Of a stretch of 64,000 nucleotides of DNA, positions 10,810 through 21,346 are shown in pieces. The number at the start of each line of letters is the position of its first letter. Positions within the stretch are counted from its first letter, which is position 1. The DNA comes from an uncultured Thermoleophilia bacterium. Lineage in GTDB: Bacteria > Actinomycetota > Thermoleophilia > Gaiellales > Gaiellaceae. Under the pieces are notes generated by a model, which was not told the DNA's origin, did no database searches, and saw only the letters and a list, made by a program, of their open reading frames with translations. Location: the NCBI GenBank assembly GCA_963794375.1, contig CAWCDL010000010.1, positions 891,996 through 955,995 of the forward strand. Direction: 5' to 3'. A program made the translations under genes and the position numbers.

Positions 10810-11130
10810 ATGGCGGAGGACGAGACAGCCGCGGATGTGGCCGCGCTCTTTGCCCGGCTGAAGGAGGAGCTGCGGGCGGCCGGCCCGCGCGGCGAGGGCG
10901 TGCCGCCTGCACAGGTGCGGCTGTCGGTCCGCGACCAGGCCGAACGGCTCTGGCCCGTCTCCGCGGAGCGGCCGATCGTCGGCAAGGGCGGCCCGATCAA
11001 GGGCGTCCTTCGCCGGCTGATGCGGTGGTACGTCGAGCCTGCGTTCGCCGACCAGCGCGCGTTCAACGACGCGGTGCTCAAGCTGATCGACGATCTCGAC
11101 GAACGCATCCAGCGGCTCGAACGGCAATGA
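10810..11130 (+). CDS. Small hypothetical protein (coiled-coil-like C-terminus)
   Basis: ATG 10810 (MAEDETAAD...). The stop overlaps the next GT4 start (ATGA). G/C-rich third positions. I recognise no family. Confidence 0.5.
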   Translation: MAEDETAADVAALFARLKEELRAAGPRGEGVPPAQVRLSVRDQAERLWPVSAERPIVGKGGPIKGVLRRLMRWYVEPAFADQRAFNDAVLKLIDDLDERIQRLERQ

Positions 11131-12146
11131 GAGTGGTGGTCGCGGCTCCGCAGGTGCCGTTCGTGCGCGGCGGGGCGGAGCTGATGGCCGAGGAGCTCGT
11201 CGCCGCGCTGCGCCGGCGCGGGCACGAGTCGGAGCTCGTGACCATCCCGTTCAAGTGGTACCCGGGCACCTCCGTGCTCGAACATGCCTTCCTCTGGCGG
11301 CTCGTCGACCTGACCGAGTCCGACGGCGTGCCGATCGACCGGGTGATCGCGACGAAGTTCCCGGCGTACTGTGTCCGCCATCCGAACAAGGTGGCCTGGG
11401 TGCTGCACCAGTTCCGGCAGGCCTACGACTTGGACGGGACCGAACTGGGGCAGTTCTCACACTCGCCCGAGGACCGCGCGACGGTGCGTGCGGTCGCGCG
11501 ACTCGACTCGGTCGCGCTCGGCGAGGCCCGCCGCGTCTTCGCCACCTCGCGCAATGTCGCCGATCGGCTGCAGCGCCACAACGGCGTCGACGCGACCGTG
11601 CTGCCGCACCCCCCGCAGTCGCTCGCCTATCGGGGCGAGCCGTCCGAGGGCTACATCCTCTCCGTCAACCGGCTCGACCGCGCCAAGCGCATCGACCTTC
11701 TGATCGAGGCGGCGAAGCTCGACGCGTCGCTGCGCCTCATCGTCGTCGGCGAGGGCCCGGACCGTGAACGGCTTCAACGCCTTGCCGGCGGGCTCGACGG
11801 GCGAATCGAGTTCACCGGCCGTGTCGACGACGCGCGTCTTGCCGAACTGTACGCCCGCTCCCTCGGCGTCTTCTATGCGCCCGTCGACGAGGACTTCGGG
11901 ATGGTCCCCTACGAGGCGTTCCTCTCGGGGAAGCCGGTCGTCACGACCGCGGATGCCGGCGGGCCGCTCGAGGTCGTGCGCGACCACGAGACCGGACTCG
12001 TCGCCGCTCCGGCCGCGGAGGAGGTGGCGCGCGCCTGCGCGTACCTCGTGAACAACGCCGACGATGCGCGGTCGTGGGGCGCCGCGGGGAGAGAGATCGC
12101 CGCACGGGTCACCTGGGACGCGTGCGTCGACGCGCTGCTCTCGTGA
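11127..12146 (+). CDS. GT4 glycosyltransferase
   Basis: RVVVAAPQVPFVRGGAE, VGEGPDRERL, and the EDFGMVPYEAFLSGKPVV EX7E motif. Confidence 0.85.
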   Translation: MRVVVAAPQVPFVRGGAELMAEELVAALRRRGHESELVTIPFKWYPGTSVLEHAFLWRLVDLTESDGVPIDRVIATKFPAYCVRHPNKVAWVLHQFRQAYDLDGTELGQFSHSPEDRATVRAVARLDSVALGEARRVFATSRNVADRLQRHNGVDATVLPHPPQSLAYRGEPSEGYILSVNRLDRAKRIDLLIEAAKLDASLRLIVVGEGPDRERLQRLAGGLDGRIEFTGRVDDARLAELYARSLGVFYAPVDEDFGMVPYEAFLSGKPVVTTADAGGPLEVVRDHETGLVAAPAAEEVARACAYLVNNADDARSWGAAGREIAARVTWDACVDALLS

Positions 12147-13354
12147 AGGTCGCCTACTACTCGCCGCTTCCCCCGTCGCGATCGGGGATCGCCGACTACT
12201 CGGCCCTGCTCCTGCCCGCACTGCGCGAGCGGGTCGAGATCGTCGTCGCGGAGCCGGGAAAGCGCGCGCCTGCGGCCGACGTCTCGCTCTATCACGTCGG
12301 CAACGACCCGGACGCGCACGGCTGGATCGTCGACGCGCTGCGCGAGCGGCCGGGTGTCGTCGTCCTGCACGAGTACGTCCTCCATCATCTCGTCGCCGGG
12401 ATCACGATCGGCCGGGGCGACGGCCGCGGCTACCTCGATGCGATGGAGCGCGAGCTCGGCGTCCCTGGCCGGTTGCTCGGGCTCGGCGTGCTCGACAACC
12501 TGCTGCCGCTGCTCTGGGAGACGCAGCCCGAGCGCTTCCCGCTCGCCGGGACGATTCTCGACCGGGCGACCGGGCTGATCGTTCACTCCGACTACGTGCG
12601 CGACCGGGCCCGCGAGGCCGGCTACGGGGGCCGGATCACGCGGATCCCGCACCCGGCGTGGCCGATGGGCGGGATCGAGCCGGCCCGCGACGTGAAGGGC
12701 GAGCCGCTCGTCGGCTGCTTCGGCTTCCTGAACATGAACAAGCGCATTCCCGAGGTGCTCGAGGCCTTTGCATCGTTCCGCCGCACGCATCCGGGCGCGC
12801 GGCTCCTGCTCGCAGGCGCCGCGGGCGAGCGCTTCGACCTGCAGCGCCGCCTCGAGCGGCTCGGCCTCGGGGAGGGCGTCGAGCGTCTCGACTACGTCCC
12901 GGAGGAGCGCATGTGGTCGCTGATGGCGGCCTGCGACGTGCTCGTGAACCTCCGCTATCCGACGATGGGCGAGACCTCCGGCTCGGTGATCCGGGCGCTC
13001 TCCCTCGGGAAGCCGCTCGTCGTCTCCGACGTCGGCTGGTTCTCCGAGCTCCCCGACGACGTCGTACTGAAGGTGCCCGTCGACGAGCGCGAGGTCGAGA
13101 CGATCGAGCTTGCGCTCGGGGTCGCTGCCGACCACGGTGCGGCACTCGGCTTGGCTGCGCGCGAGTATGTCGAGCGCGAGCATTCGCTGTCCGCTGTCGC
13201 CGACGCGTACGCGTCGGCGCTGGAGGCTGCTGCAGGCGGAGACGCGATCGCCGATGCGGTGCTCCACCGGGTCGCCGAGGCGGCGGTCGCCGCGGGGATC
13301 ACCGACGTGTCGGCGCTCGTCATGAAGCTGCGCGAGGTCGGGCTCGGTGATTGA
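12143..13354 (+). CDS. GT4-like glycosyltransferase
   Basis: GTG 12143 overlaps the upstream stop (GTGA). KVAYYSPLPPSRSGIADYS, and the MGETSGSVIRALSLGKPLVV EX7E-like motif. Confidence 0.8.
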   Translation: MKVAYYSPLPPSRSGIADYSALLLPALRERVEIVVAEPGKRAPAADVSLYHVGNDPDAHGWIVDALRERPGVVVLHEYVLHHLVAGITIGRGDGRGYLDAMERELGVPGRLLGLGVLDNLLPLLWETQPERFPLAGTILDRATGLIVHSDYVRDRAREAGYGGRITRIPHPAWPMGGIEPARDVKGEPLVGCFGFLNMNKRIPEVLEAFASFRRTHPGARLLLAGAAGERFDLQRRLERLGLGEGVERLDYVPEERMWSLMAACDVLVNLRYPTMGETSGSVIRALSLGKPLVVSDVGWFSELPDDVVLKVPVDEREVETIELALGVAADHGAALGLAAREYVEREHSLSAVADAYASALEAAAGGDAIADAVLHRVAEAAVAAGITDVSALVMKLREVGLGD

Positions 13355-15404
13355 CCGCGCCCGCGCCGCCCCGGCGTGGGGCTGGCTCGTTGCGCTCGTC
13401 GCCTGCTCGACCGTCGTCCGCTTCCTCTTTGCCCGCCACATGGTCGGTCCCTGGATCATGGTCGACGAGATCGTCTACTCGGAGCTCGCGAAGAGCTTCG
13501 CCGCGACGGGGCACTTCGCCGTCCGCGAGACGCCGACATCGGGGTACGGGATCGTCTATCCGATCCTGATCAGCCCGGCGTACGCGCTCTTCCGCGAGAT
13601 CCCCACCGTGTACTCGGCGATCAAGGTGATCAACTCGCTGCTCATGTCGCTCGCCGCGGTCCCGGCGTATCTGCTCGCCCGCCGCGTCGTCTCGAGCCGC
13701 GGCGCGCTCGTGGTCGCGCTGCTGACCGTGGCCGTCCCGTCGACGTTCTACGCCGGGACCGTGATGACGGAGAACGCCTTCTACCCGATCTTCCTGCTCG
13801 TCGTCTGGGCGCTCGTAGTCGCGCTCGAGCGGCCCCGCCTTTTGCCCGTCCTCGGTTTCCTGGTGCTGCTCGCTCTCGCGTACGAGACTCGGGCCCAGGC
13901 GGTCGCGATCCTGCCCGCAGCCCTCACCGCGCCGCTTCTCGGCGCCGCGCTCGCGCGCCGGCCGCGGCTCGTCCTCGAGCAGCGCCTCCTCTACGGGATC
14001 GTGGTCGGCGGCGCGCTCCTCGTCCTCGTCGCCGAGGCAGCCCGCGGCCGGAGCCCGCGGTCGCTCCTCGGCGCCTACGCCGCCGCGACCCACTCGAGCT
14101 ACACCGTCGGCTCGACGGCCCACTGGTTCCTGTGGCATCTCGCGGAGCTCGATCTCTACGTCGGCTTCGTGCCGTTCCTGGCGGTCGTGCTGCTCTGTGT
14201 GCGCGGCCCTTCGCTCGGCGCCGCCGAGCGCGCCGTCGTCGCCGCGACCGTGTCGCTCGTCGTCTGGCTCGGCGTCGAGGTGGCCGCGTTCGCATCCCAG
14301 CCGAGCGTCGTGCGCATCGAGGAGCGCAACCTGTTCTACGTCGCGCCGCTCCTTTTCACGTGCCTCGTGCTCTGGATCGAGCGCGGCCTGCCGCGCCCGC
14401 GCGTCGCGCTCGTGGCGGGAGTGATCGGCGTCGTCGCGCTCGCCGCGGCCGTGCCGTACGAGCGGTTCCTCGACACCTCGGCCACCTCCGACACATTCGG
14501 CGTGCTTGCGTTGTGGTCGCTGGCGCTGAAGCTCTCGATCCACGCCGAGGACGTCCGCTGGGTCGTCGCCGGTGGCGCGGTCGTCTTCTGCCTCGCCGCC
14601 GCGCTCGTTCCTCGGCGCCTCTGGCTCGTCCTGCCGGCTCTCGTCTTCGCGCTCTATCTCGCGGCCGCGCAGCCGATCGACGCCCGCACGCAGAAGGCAT
14701 CGATCGGCGCCGTCTTCCAGGGGATCACGCGACCCGACCGCGACTGGATCACCGCGATCGTCGGCTCACACGACCCGACGAAGGTGGCCGTCGTGTGGAC
14801 GGGAGGCCGGACGAACAGCCCGGATGCACTCGTCGTCTTCCAGAACGAGTTCTTCAACCGCTCCGTCGGGCCGGTCTACACGACGAGCGGCCCCGTGCCC
14901 GGCGGGCTCGCCCAGACGCCGATCGTGCTCGACCGCGCCGACGGTCGGTTTCTGGCCGCGGGGCGCCCCGTCGACGTCGACGACCTGCTTTCCGACACGA
15001 GCGTGCCGTGGGCCGGGACGCAGATCGGCGCCGATCCGAAGAAGGGGCTCGTGCTCCTGCACGTCGGCGGCGCGCTGCGGGTGCGCTATGTGACGCGTGG
15101 CATCTACGGCGACAGCTGGTCCGGCGCGAGCGCCGCCTACCGTGCGTTCCGTTGCGGGAGCCGGCGCCTGTCGGTGGGGCTCGGCAGCGACCCGAAGCTG
15201 TATTCCGACGACCAGCAGGTGACTGCGAGCGTGCGCGGCCGCATCGTCGCGCGCGCGAACGTGCCGCCGAGTCGTACCGTGACCATGCACGTGCCGCTCA
15301 ACGGTGCCTGCGTCGTCCGCTTCTCCGTCGCGCGCACGAAGGTGCCGGGGCCGGGCGATCGCCGGCACCTCGGCGTGCGGTTCCTCGGGTTCGTCGCGTC
15401 GTGA
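13347..15404 (+). CDS. GT-C fold membrane glycosyltransferase (PMT_2/ArnT-like) with a C-terminal extracytoplasmic domain
   Basis: 685 aa. The N-terminal half is polytopic (MVDEIVYSELAKSF, TENAFYPIFLL, ERNLFYVAPLLF); the C-terminal roughly 230 aa are soluble. It is a paralogue of 19222..21346. Confidence 0.75.
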   Translation: MIDRARAAPAWGWLVALVACSTVVRFLFARHMVGPWIMVDEIVYSELAKSFAATGHFAVRETPTSGYGIVYPILISPAYALFREIPTVYSAIKVINSLLMSLAAVPAYLLARRVVSSRGALVVALLTVAVPSTFYAGTVMTENAFYPIFLLVVWALVVALERPRLLPVLGFLVLLALAYETRAQAVAILPAALTAPLLGAALARRPRLVLEQRLLYGIVVGGALLVLVAEAARGRSPRSLLGAYAAATHSSYTVGSTAHWFLWHLAELDLYVGFVPFLAVVLLCVRGPSLGAAERAVVAATVSLVVWLGVEVAAFASQPSVVRIEERNLFYVAPLLFTCLVLWIERGLPRPRVALVAGVIGVVALAAAVPYERFLDTSATSDTFGVLALWSLALKLSIHAEDVRWVVAGGAVVFCLAAALVPRRLWLVLPALVFALYLAAAQPIDARTQKASIGAVFQGITRPDRDWITAIVGSHDPTKVAVVWTGGRTNSPDALVVFQNEFFNRSVGPVYTTSGPVPGGLAQTPIVLDRADGRFLAAGRPVDVDDLLSDTSVPWAGTQIGADPKKGLVLLHVGGALRVRYVTRGIYGDSWSGASAAYRAFRCGSRRLSVGLGSDPKLYSDDQQVTASVRGRIVARANVPPSRTVTMHVPLNGACVVRFSVARTKVPGPGDRRHLGVRFLGFVAS

Positions 15405-16468
15405 GGATCGCGTTCGACGTCAGCCCGCTCTCGCACGAGCCGACCGGCATCGGCAACTACATCCGCGGCTCGCTCGCCGGGCTCTGCGAGGCGGCGGACG
15501 GCGAGCACGAGATCGTCGCCTTCGCGCCGACGAGCCCCGAGGGGATGCGCAGGATCCCGGAGCAGGTGGCCGGATTGCCGGTGACGCTCAAGCTGCGGCT
15601 GCTGCCCTTCTCGCACCACTGGCGCCAGGCGTGGAGCCGGCTCGGCCAGCCCGGCGTCGAGCGCTTCCTCGGCCCGATCGACGTCCTCCACTACACCGAC
15701 TGGATGTTCCCGCCGCAGCGGGCCGGGCTCCGCTCGACGATGATCCACGATCTCGTGCCGCTCCATCACCCCGAGTGGGTGACCCGGAGGACGCTCTCGA
15801 TGCACACCGCCAAGTACCGCGACGCAGGCACGTGCGACACCGTGTTCGTCAACTCGGAGTTCACCGCCCGCGACGTCGTCGCCACCCTCGGCGTCGACCC
15901 GGCCCGCGTGCACGTCGCACCGCCGGGCCTCGCGCCCGGCTTCGCCCCCGACGGCGCGCATGCCGAGCTCGGCGGTCCCTACGTCCTCACCGTCGCGACG
16001 CTCGAGCCGCGCAAGAACCTGCAGGTGCTCGTCGAGGCGCACCGGCTGCTCGGCGGCCGCTTCCTGCTCGCCGTCGTCGGCGGCGCGGGGTGGGGCGAGC
16101 AGCCGAGCCTCGATGCACCCGGCATCGTTCGCCTGGGAAGGCAGAGCGACGGGCAGCTCGCAGGCCTCTACCGCGGCGCGGCCGCCGTCGCCTACCCCTC
16201 GCGCTTCGAGGGGTTCGGCATGCCGATCGTCGAGGCGATGGCGAGCGGTGCCCCGGTCGTCGCCTCGACGCACCACTCCCTCGACGAGGCGGCCGGCGAC
16301 GTCGCGCTGCGGGCCGACCCCGACGACCCGGCCGCATGGGCGGCGAGGCTGGCCGAGGCCGCCGGCCGGCGCGCCGAGCTTGCCGCCGCGGGTGTCGAGC
16401 ATGCACGGCGGTTCACCTGGCGGCGGGTCGGCGAGACGATGCTCACCGCCTGGGAGCAGCTCCGGTGA
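15401..16468 (+). CDS. GT4 glycosyltransferase
   Basis: GTGA overlap. RIAFDVSPL...TGIGNY, TLEPRKN, YPSRFEGFGMPIVEAMASGAPVV. Confidence 0.85.
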   Translation: MRIAFDVSPLSHEPTGIGNYIRGSLAGLCEAADGEHEIVAFAPTSPEGMRRIPEQVAGLPVTLKLRLLPFSHHWRQAWSRLGQPGVERFLGPIDVLHYTDWMFPPQRAGLRSTMIHDLVPLHHPEWVTRRTLSMHTAKYRDAGTCDTVFVNSEFTARDVVATLGVDPARVHVAPPGLAPGFAPDGAHAELGGPYVLTVATLEPRKNLQVLVEAHRLLGGRFLLAVVGGAGWGEQPSLDAPGIVRLGRQSDGQLAGLYRGAAAVAYPSRFEGFGMPIVEAMASGAPVVASTHHSLDEAAGDVALRADPDDPAAWAARLAEAAGRRAELAAAGVEHARRFTWRRVGETMLTAWEQLR

Positions 16469-17451
16469 AGGTCGGCTACGACGTCTCGCCGCTCGAGCTC
16501 GACAACGCCGGAACGGCGCGATACGTCCGCGGCGTGCTGTCGGAGCTGGACCAGCGTGAGGACGTCGATATACGCGAGCTTCGCTTCGGCGGCGGCGGTC
16601 GCGCGACGGCGGCGGTCCGCGACGCGCTCTGGTACCCGCTGCTGCTGCCGCTCGGTGCGCGCGGTCTCGACGTGCTCCACTGCACGACCTTCCGCGCTCC
16701 GCTCCGCGCGCGGACGCCGGTCGTCGTCACGGTGCACGACCTGGCGGCGATCCGCTTCCCGGAGCTCTTCACCGCCTGGACGCGCCTGTACGCGCGCACG
16801 CTTCTCCCGGCCGTGCTGCGGTCGGCGACGCGCGTGCTCGCGGTCTCGGAGTTCACGAAGCGCGACGTCGTCGAGCTGGCCCGCGTGCCCGAGGAGCGGA
16901 TCGACATTGCCTGGAACGCGGCCGACACCGCCGTCTTCCGACCGGACGGCCCGGCCGCCGAGGGCGACTACGTGCTCGCCGTCGGCACGCTCGAGCCGCG
17001 CAAGAACCTGCCCCGTCTGATCGAGGCGACGGGCCGGCTGGGGCTCGCCCTGCGCATCGCCGGCGCCCGCGGCTGGGGGCGCGTGGAGGCCGAGGCCCCG
17101 CACGTCACCTGGGTCGGGCGGCCCGACGACGACGAGCTCGCCGCCCTGATGCGCGGTGCGCTCTGCCTCGCTTACCCGTCGCTCTGGGAAGGGTTCGGGA
17201 TCCCCGTGCTCGAGGCGATGCTCTGCGGCACCCCGGTCGTGACGAGTGCCGGAAGCGCGATGGAGGAGGTGGCGGGCGGCGCGGCCGAGCTCGTCGACCC
17301 GCACGACGTCGGCTCGATCGCCGCGGGCATCGAGCGCGCGCTCGGGCGACGTGACGAGCTGCGCGGCGTCGGCTTCGAGCGCGCGCGGGAGTTCTCGTGG
17401 GCGGCGACGGCCGACGCCGTCGTCGCCTCCTACCGGCGGGCGTGCACGTGA
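16465..17451 (+). CDS. GT4 glycosyltransferase
   Basis: GTGA overlap. KVGYDVSPL, TLEPRKN, YPSLWEGFGIPVLEAMLCGTPVV. Confidence 0.85.
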   Translation: MKVGYDVSPLELDNAGTARYVRGVLSELDQREDVDIRELRFGGGGRATAAVRDALWYPLLLPLGARGLDVLHCTTFRAPLRARTPVVVTVHDLAAIRFPELFTAWTRLYARTLLPAVLRSATRVLAVSEFTKRDVVELARVPEERIDIAWNAADTAVFRPDGPAAEGDYVLAVGTLEPRKNLPRLIEATGRLGLALRIAGARGWGRVEAEAPHVTWVGRPDDDELAALMRGALCLAYPSLWEGFGIPVLEAMLCGTPVVTSAGSAMEEVAGGAAELVDPHDVGSIAAGIERALGRRDELRGVGFERAREFSWAATADAVVASYRRACT

Positions 17452-18464
17452 CGCCGCTCGTCGCGATCGACGCCGACGTGCTCGGCCGTCACCGCACCGG
17501 GGACGAGACCTACGTTCTCAACCTGCTGCGCGAGCTCGGTCGGCAGGCCGGCGACCTACGGCTCGTCGCGATCACCCGCCGGCCCGACCTCGTGCCGGAC
17601 GGCGTCGAGACGTTCCTGCTCGATGCGCGGCTGCAGGAGCTGCGGGTCGCCGTCGGGCTGCCGCGTGCGCTGCGCCGGCTGCGGCCTGCGCTTGTTCACC
17701 TCCAGTACGTGCTGCCGCCGCTCGACCGCACCCCTGCCGTCGTGACGGTGCACGATCTCTCCTTCGACCGCGAACCGTCGCTGATGGGCCCGCTCGACCG
17801 GCGCATCTTCCGCACGCTCGTGCCACGTGCCGTTCGGCGGTCGCGGCGCGTGCTGACGGTCTCCGAGCGCACGAAGCGCGATCTCGTGGCGCGCTACGGC
17901 CTGCCGCCGGCCAAGGTCGTCGTCACGCCGAACGGCGTCGACGCCGCCTTCACGCCGGGCGCCGACGGCGGCAGCGGCGGCTACCTGCTCTTCGTCGGGG
18001 CGGTGCAGGCGCGCAAGGACCCGCTCGCGGCGCTGGCGGCGGCCGAGGCGAACGGGCTGCCGCTCGTCGTCGTCGGCCCGGCCAAGGACCGCGAGCTTGC
18101 CGCGCAGCTCGCTGCACGCGGCGCCGAGCTGCGCGGCTATCTGCCCGTCGATGAGCTCGCGGAGGCCTACCGCCGGGCGGTGGCCCTCGTCTTCCCGTCG
18201 CGGCACGAAGGGTTCGGGCTGCCGCTGCTCGAGGCGATGGCGAGCGGCACCCCGGTCGTCGCGAGCGAGGACTCGGCCCTGCGCGAGGTCGGCGGCGAGG
18301 CGGCGCTCTACGCCGGTCCCGCCGACCTTGCGGCCGCGGTCGGGCAGGCACTCCGCGAGCGCGAGCGGCTGGTTGCTGCAGGCCTCGAGCGCGCGCGCCT
18401 CTTCTCCTGGGCGGAGACGGCCCGAAGGACGCTCGCCGCCTACCGCGAGGCCATTGCGGGATGA
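17448..18464 (+). CDS. GT4 glycosyltransferase
   Basis: GTGA overlap. VAIDADVLGRHRTGDETY, FPSRHEGFGLPLLEAMASGTPVV. Confidence 0.85.
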   Translation: MTPLVAIDADVLGRHRTGDETYVLNLLRELGRQAGDLRLVAITRRPDLVPDGVETFLLDARLQELRVAVGLPRALRRLRPALVHLQYVLPPLDRTPAVVTVHDLSFDREPSLMGPLDRRIFRTLVPRAVRRSRRVLTVSERTKRDLVARYGLPPAKVVVTPNGVDAAFTPGADGGSGGYLLFVGAVQARKDPLAALAAAEANGLPLVVVGPAKDRELAAQLAARGAELRGYLPVDELAEAYRRAVALVFPSRHEGFGLPLLEAMASGTPVVASEDSALREVGGEAALYAGPADLAAAVGQALRERERLVAAGLERARLFSWAETARRTLAAYREAIAG

Positions 18465-19225
18465 AAGTCGCCGCGATCGTCGTCTCGCACGGCAATGCCG
18501 CCGAGCTCGAGCGTCTGCTGCCTGCGCTCGCACCGCAGGTCGACGAGCTGGTCGTCGTCGCGAACGTCCCCGGCAGCGTCGGCGACGCTTCCGGCGGGCG
18601 CCGTCCTGATCGAGAACGAGCGACGCGGTCGGGTTCGGCGCCAACGTCAATCGCGGCGTGGCGCGGTCGACGGCGGAGCTCGTCGTCTCGGTCAACCCCG
18701 ACGCCGTGCCCGGCGAAGGCGCGGTCTCCGAGCTCGCGCGGCTCTTCGCCGAGCGCCCGCGCGCCGGTGCCGCCGGGCCGTGCGATGACCTATCCCGACG
18801 GAACGCTGCAGCCGTCGCGGCGACGCTTCCCGACAGTCGCCGGGACGCTCGTCCGGCGGACGCCGCTGCGGCTGCTCTTCGATCCGTACAAGCTGCAGCG
18901 CCGGCACTACCACCTCGACGAGCACCCGACCGTCCCGGTGGAGGCGGACTGGATGCTCGGCGGCTTCCTCATGCTCCGCCGCACCATGCTGGAAGAGCTC
19001 GGCGGCTTCGACGAGGGGTTCTTCCTCTACGGCGAGGACATCGACCTCTGCTACCGGGCGGCCCGTGCGGGCTGGGAGCGCTGGTACGTCCCGGCCGCGA
19101 TCGTCGCGCACGAGCACCAGGCGGTCACCGATCGGCGCTTCCTGACGCGGCGCACGCTCTGGCACTGGCGCGGGATGCTGCGCTTCGTCCGCAAGCACCC
19201 CGAGCGGCTGTTCGCCCGGCTCTAG
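18461..19225 (+). pseudogene. GT2 glycosyltransferase whose catalytic core is encoded in shifted frames (three +1 shifts near 18587, 18630 and 18781); the ORF itself remains open
   Basis: Frame A reads MKVAAIVVSHGN...VVVANVPGSVGD. Frame B reads LPAGAVLIENERRG. Frame C reads GFGANVNRGVARSTAELVVSVNPDAVPGEG...RAGAAGP. Frame A then resumes with AMTYPDGTLQPSRRRFPT...GGFDEGFFLYGEDIDLCYR. In the nominal frame the middle roughly 65 codons are Arg/Ser/Pro junk. Confidence 0.7.
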
Positions 19226-21346
19226 CGGGGCTGGAAGCCGAACCCGACCTGGGCCGAGAGCTGGCGCAGGTCGTACTGGGACGGCTGGAAGGTCCCGCGC
19301 GCCGACACGTCGAGCCGGAAGGGCGTGGTGAGGCGGATCTTTACGACCTTGGTCTCGCACGGGTTCGAGTGGATCGTGATGTGGCGGACGGCAAGGAGGC
19401 GCCCGGCCGCCGGCTGCCCGTTGACGTCGATCCGCAGCCTCGATGCCTTGATGGTGATGTGCGAGGGCGCGAAGGAGCCGCACGCGGCCGCGCGCGAGAG
19501 GCTGACCGAGGCGATCCCAGCCCGCGGCCCCCGCGGGGCGAAGTGGTAGTACCAGGCGCCCGACTGCATCCAGCCGTCGGGCGTGATGCCGCCCTGGGCA
19601 TCGACCAGTCGAATCGGCTTCGCAACTCGGTACAGGCGGAGCCCTCCGACAGGCTGCTCGACGAGCGCACCGATCGGGTCGACGCCCGGCCCGGCGACGA
19701 CGTAGCGGATCGGCAGCTGCGGCTCGACCGTCCCGGTCGTGTCTCGGAAGTTCGGCGTGATCACCGGCCCGGGTCCGGGTGCCGTCGCGTCGACCGACCA
19801 GATGTCGGTGAGCGACTGGTTCCAGAACTCCAGCGACCAGAAGGCGTTCGATCCGCCGAGTGACTGGCCGATGAACATCGTGCGGGCACGGTTCGTGCCC
19901 CGGTCGATCCAGTCGGGCGGCGTCGGGAGCACGCTCCGGAACGCGTCCGCCATCGTGTTCGAGGCGTTCGCCGCCGCGATCTCTCCCCAGAGGTTCCAGC
20001 CGATGACGGCGACGGCGAGGAGTGCCGCGGCCGGCAGCGCCAGCTGACGCGCTGCGCCGCGGCGCACGAGTACCTCCAACAATGCGACGCCGACGACGGC
20101 GCCGATCAGGATCCCGAAGAGCACGTTCTCGGCCTGCGAGGTCGTCACGGCCCAGTTCTGGTTCATCCACTGCAGGATGGAAAGGCCCGGCGCGTCGGAG
20201 TAGAAGTGCTCGTTGTTGTGGTACGGCGTCGTCGCGAGCAGGTAGCCGACGGCCGCACCTGCGAGCAGGCCGGCCACGAGTCTCGTTCGGCCGCGCGTCG
20301 CCCAGCGGGCGGTGACGGCGAACACGACGGGTGAGAGGTAGATCAGGTTTCGCTCCTCGACGCGGATCGCGAAGTTCGTGGACAGATAGGAGGCCTTTAC
20401 GGCGGTGTAGATGCCGAAGACGACCACCGTTCCGATCAGCGTCGCACCGAGCGCACGGTCGCCCGGCTCGCGGAAGCGGTTCCCGAAGAGCCAGGCGAGG
20501 GAGATGAACACCGGGAGCACGCCGACCCCGATCGTGAAGTGCGCCGGCGGCCCACAGGCCGTAGGTGAAGGCTCGATGGTGGAAGTACGTGCCGATCTCC
20601 CACGAGTAGGAGTGGTGGGTCAGGTAGGCGCCCATCCAGACCGCGGCGAGCAGAGCGAGTGTTGCCGCGCCGAGCTGCTGGCGGCGTGACCAGGAGCCGA
20701 TCAGCTCCCGCCCGCGTGGTCCGGTCGCCGCCATGATCAGCATCGCGAGCGCCCCTCCGGCGGCGAGCACCTCGAGCTGCGATCGCACCGCCGGCCCGAT
20801 CGCGATCGCCGCCACCGCCGCGACCACCGTCCAGCGCGTCGGGCGAAGAAGCGCGCGCGCGAGCAGCCAGATCGCGATCGTCGACCAGAGATAGGCGAGC
20901 GACTCGGGGATCAGCATCGACGTGTAGGAGAGCGAGGGGATCACCGCCGTCGCGACCCCGGCCGCGAGTGCGGGCCAGCGAGGGACGAACAGCCGCGCGA
21001 GTGCGTAGCCGGGAAACAGCGACGCCGTCATCACGACGACGTTGATGTACTTCGCCGCCGCGTACCCGGTCCCGGTCCAGTGCGCCCACCACGCCGGTGC
21101 GATCAGGTACGTGTAGAGGGAAGAGAATCCGACGTCGTGGAGGCGCAGCTGCGGCACGCCGTGATGCGCGACGCCCTGCGACTTCCCGGCCCACTCGAGC
21201 TCGTCGGTGAAGAGCCAGGGGGTCGGGTGCTTCGTCGACTGCCAGGCGTAGAGCACGAGCAGCAGGACGTAGGCGAGGAGGGCGGGGTAGGCACGGGCGA
21301 GTCGGCCGCCCGGCGGCCGTTCGCTTTCGATCTGAGCCTCTGTCAC
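19222..21346 (-). pseudogene. GT-C fold membrane glycosyltransferase (paralogue of 13347..15404) with a +1 frameshift near 20541-20546
   Basis: The N-terminal part is in ORF 18692..21346 (...FTDELEWAGKSQ...HHRAFTYGLWAAG). It continues in ORF 19222..20520 (AHFTIGVGVLPVFISLAWLF...ERNLIYLSPVVF...). Total length is 3n+1. GTG 21346 overlaps the upstream stop (GTGA). Confidence 0.7.
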
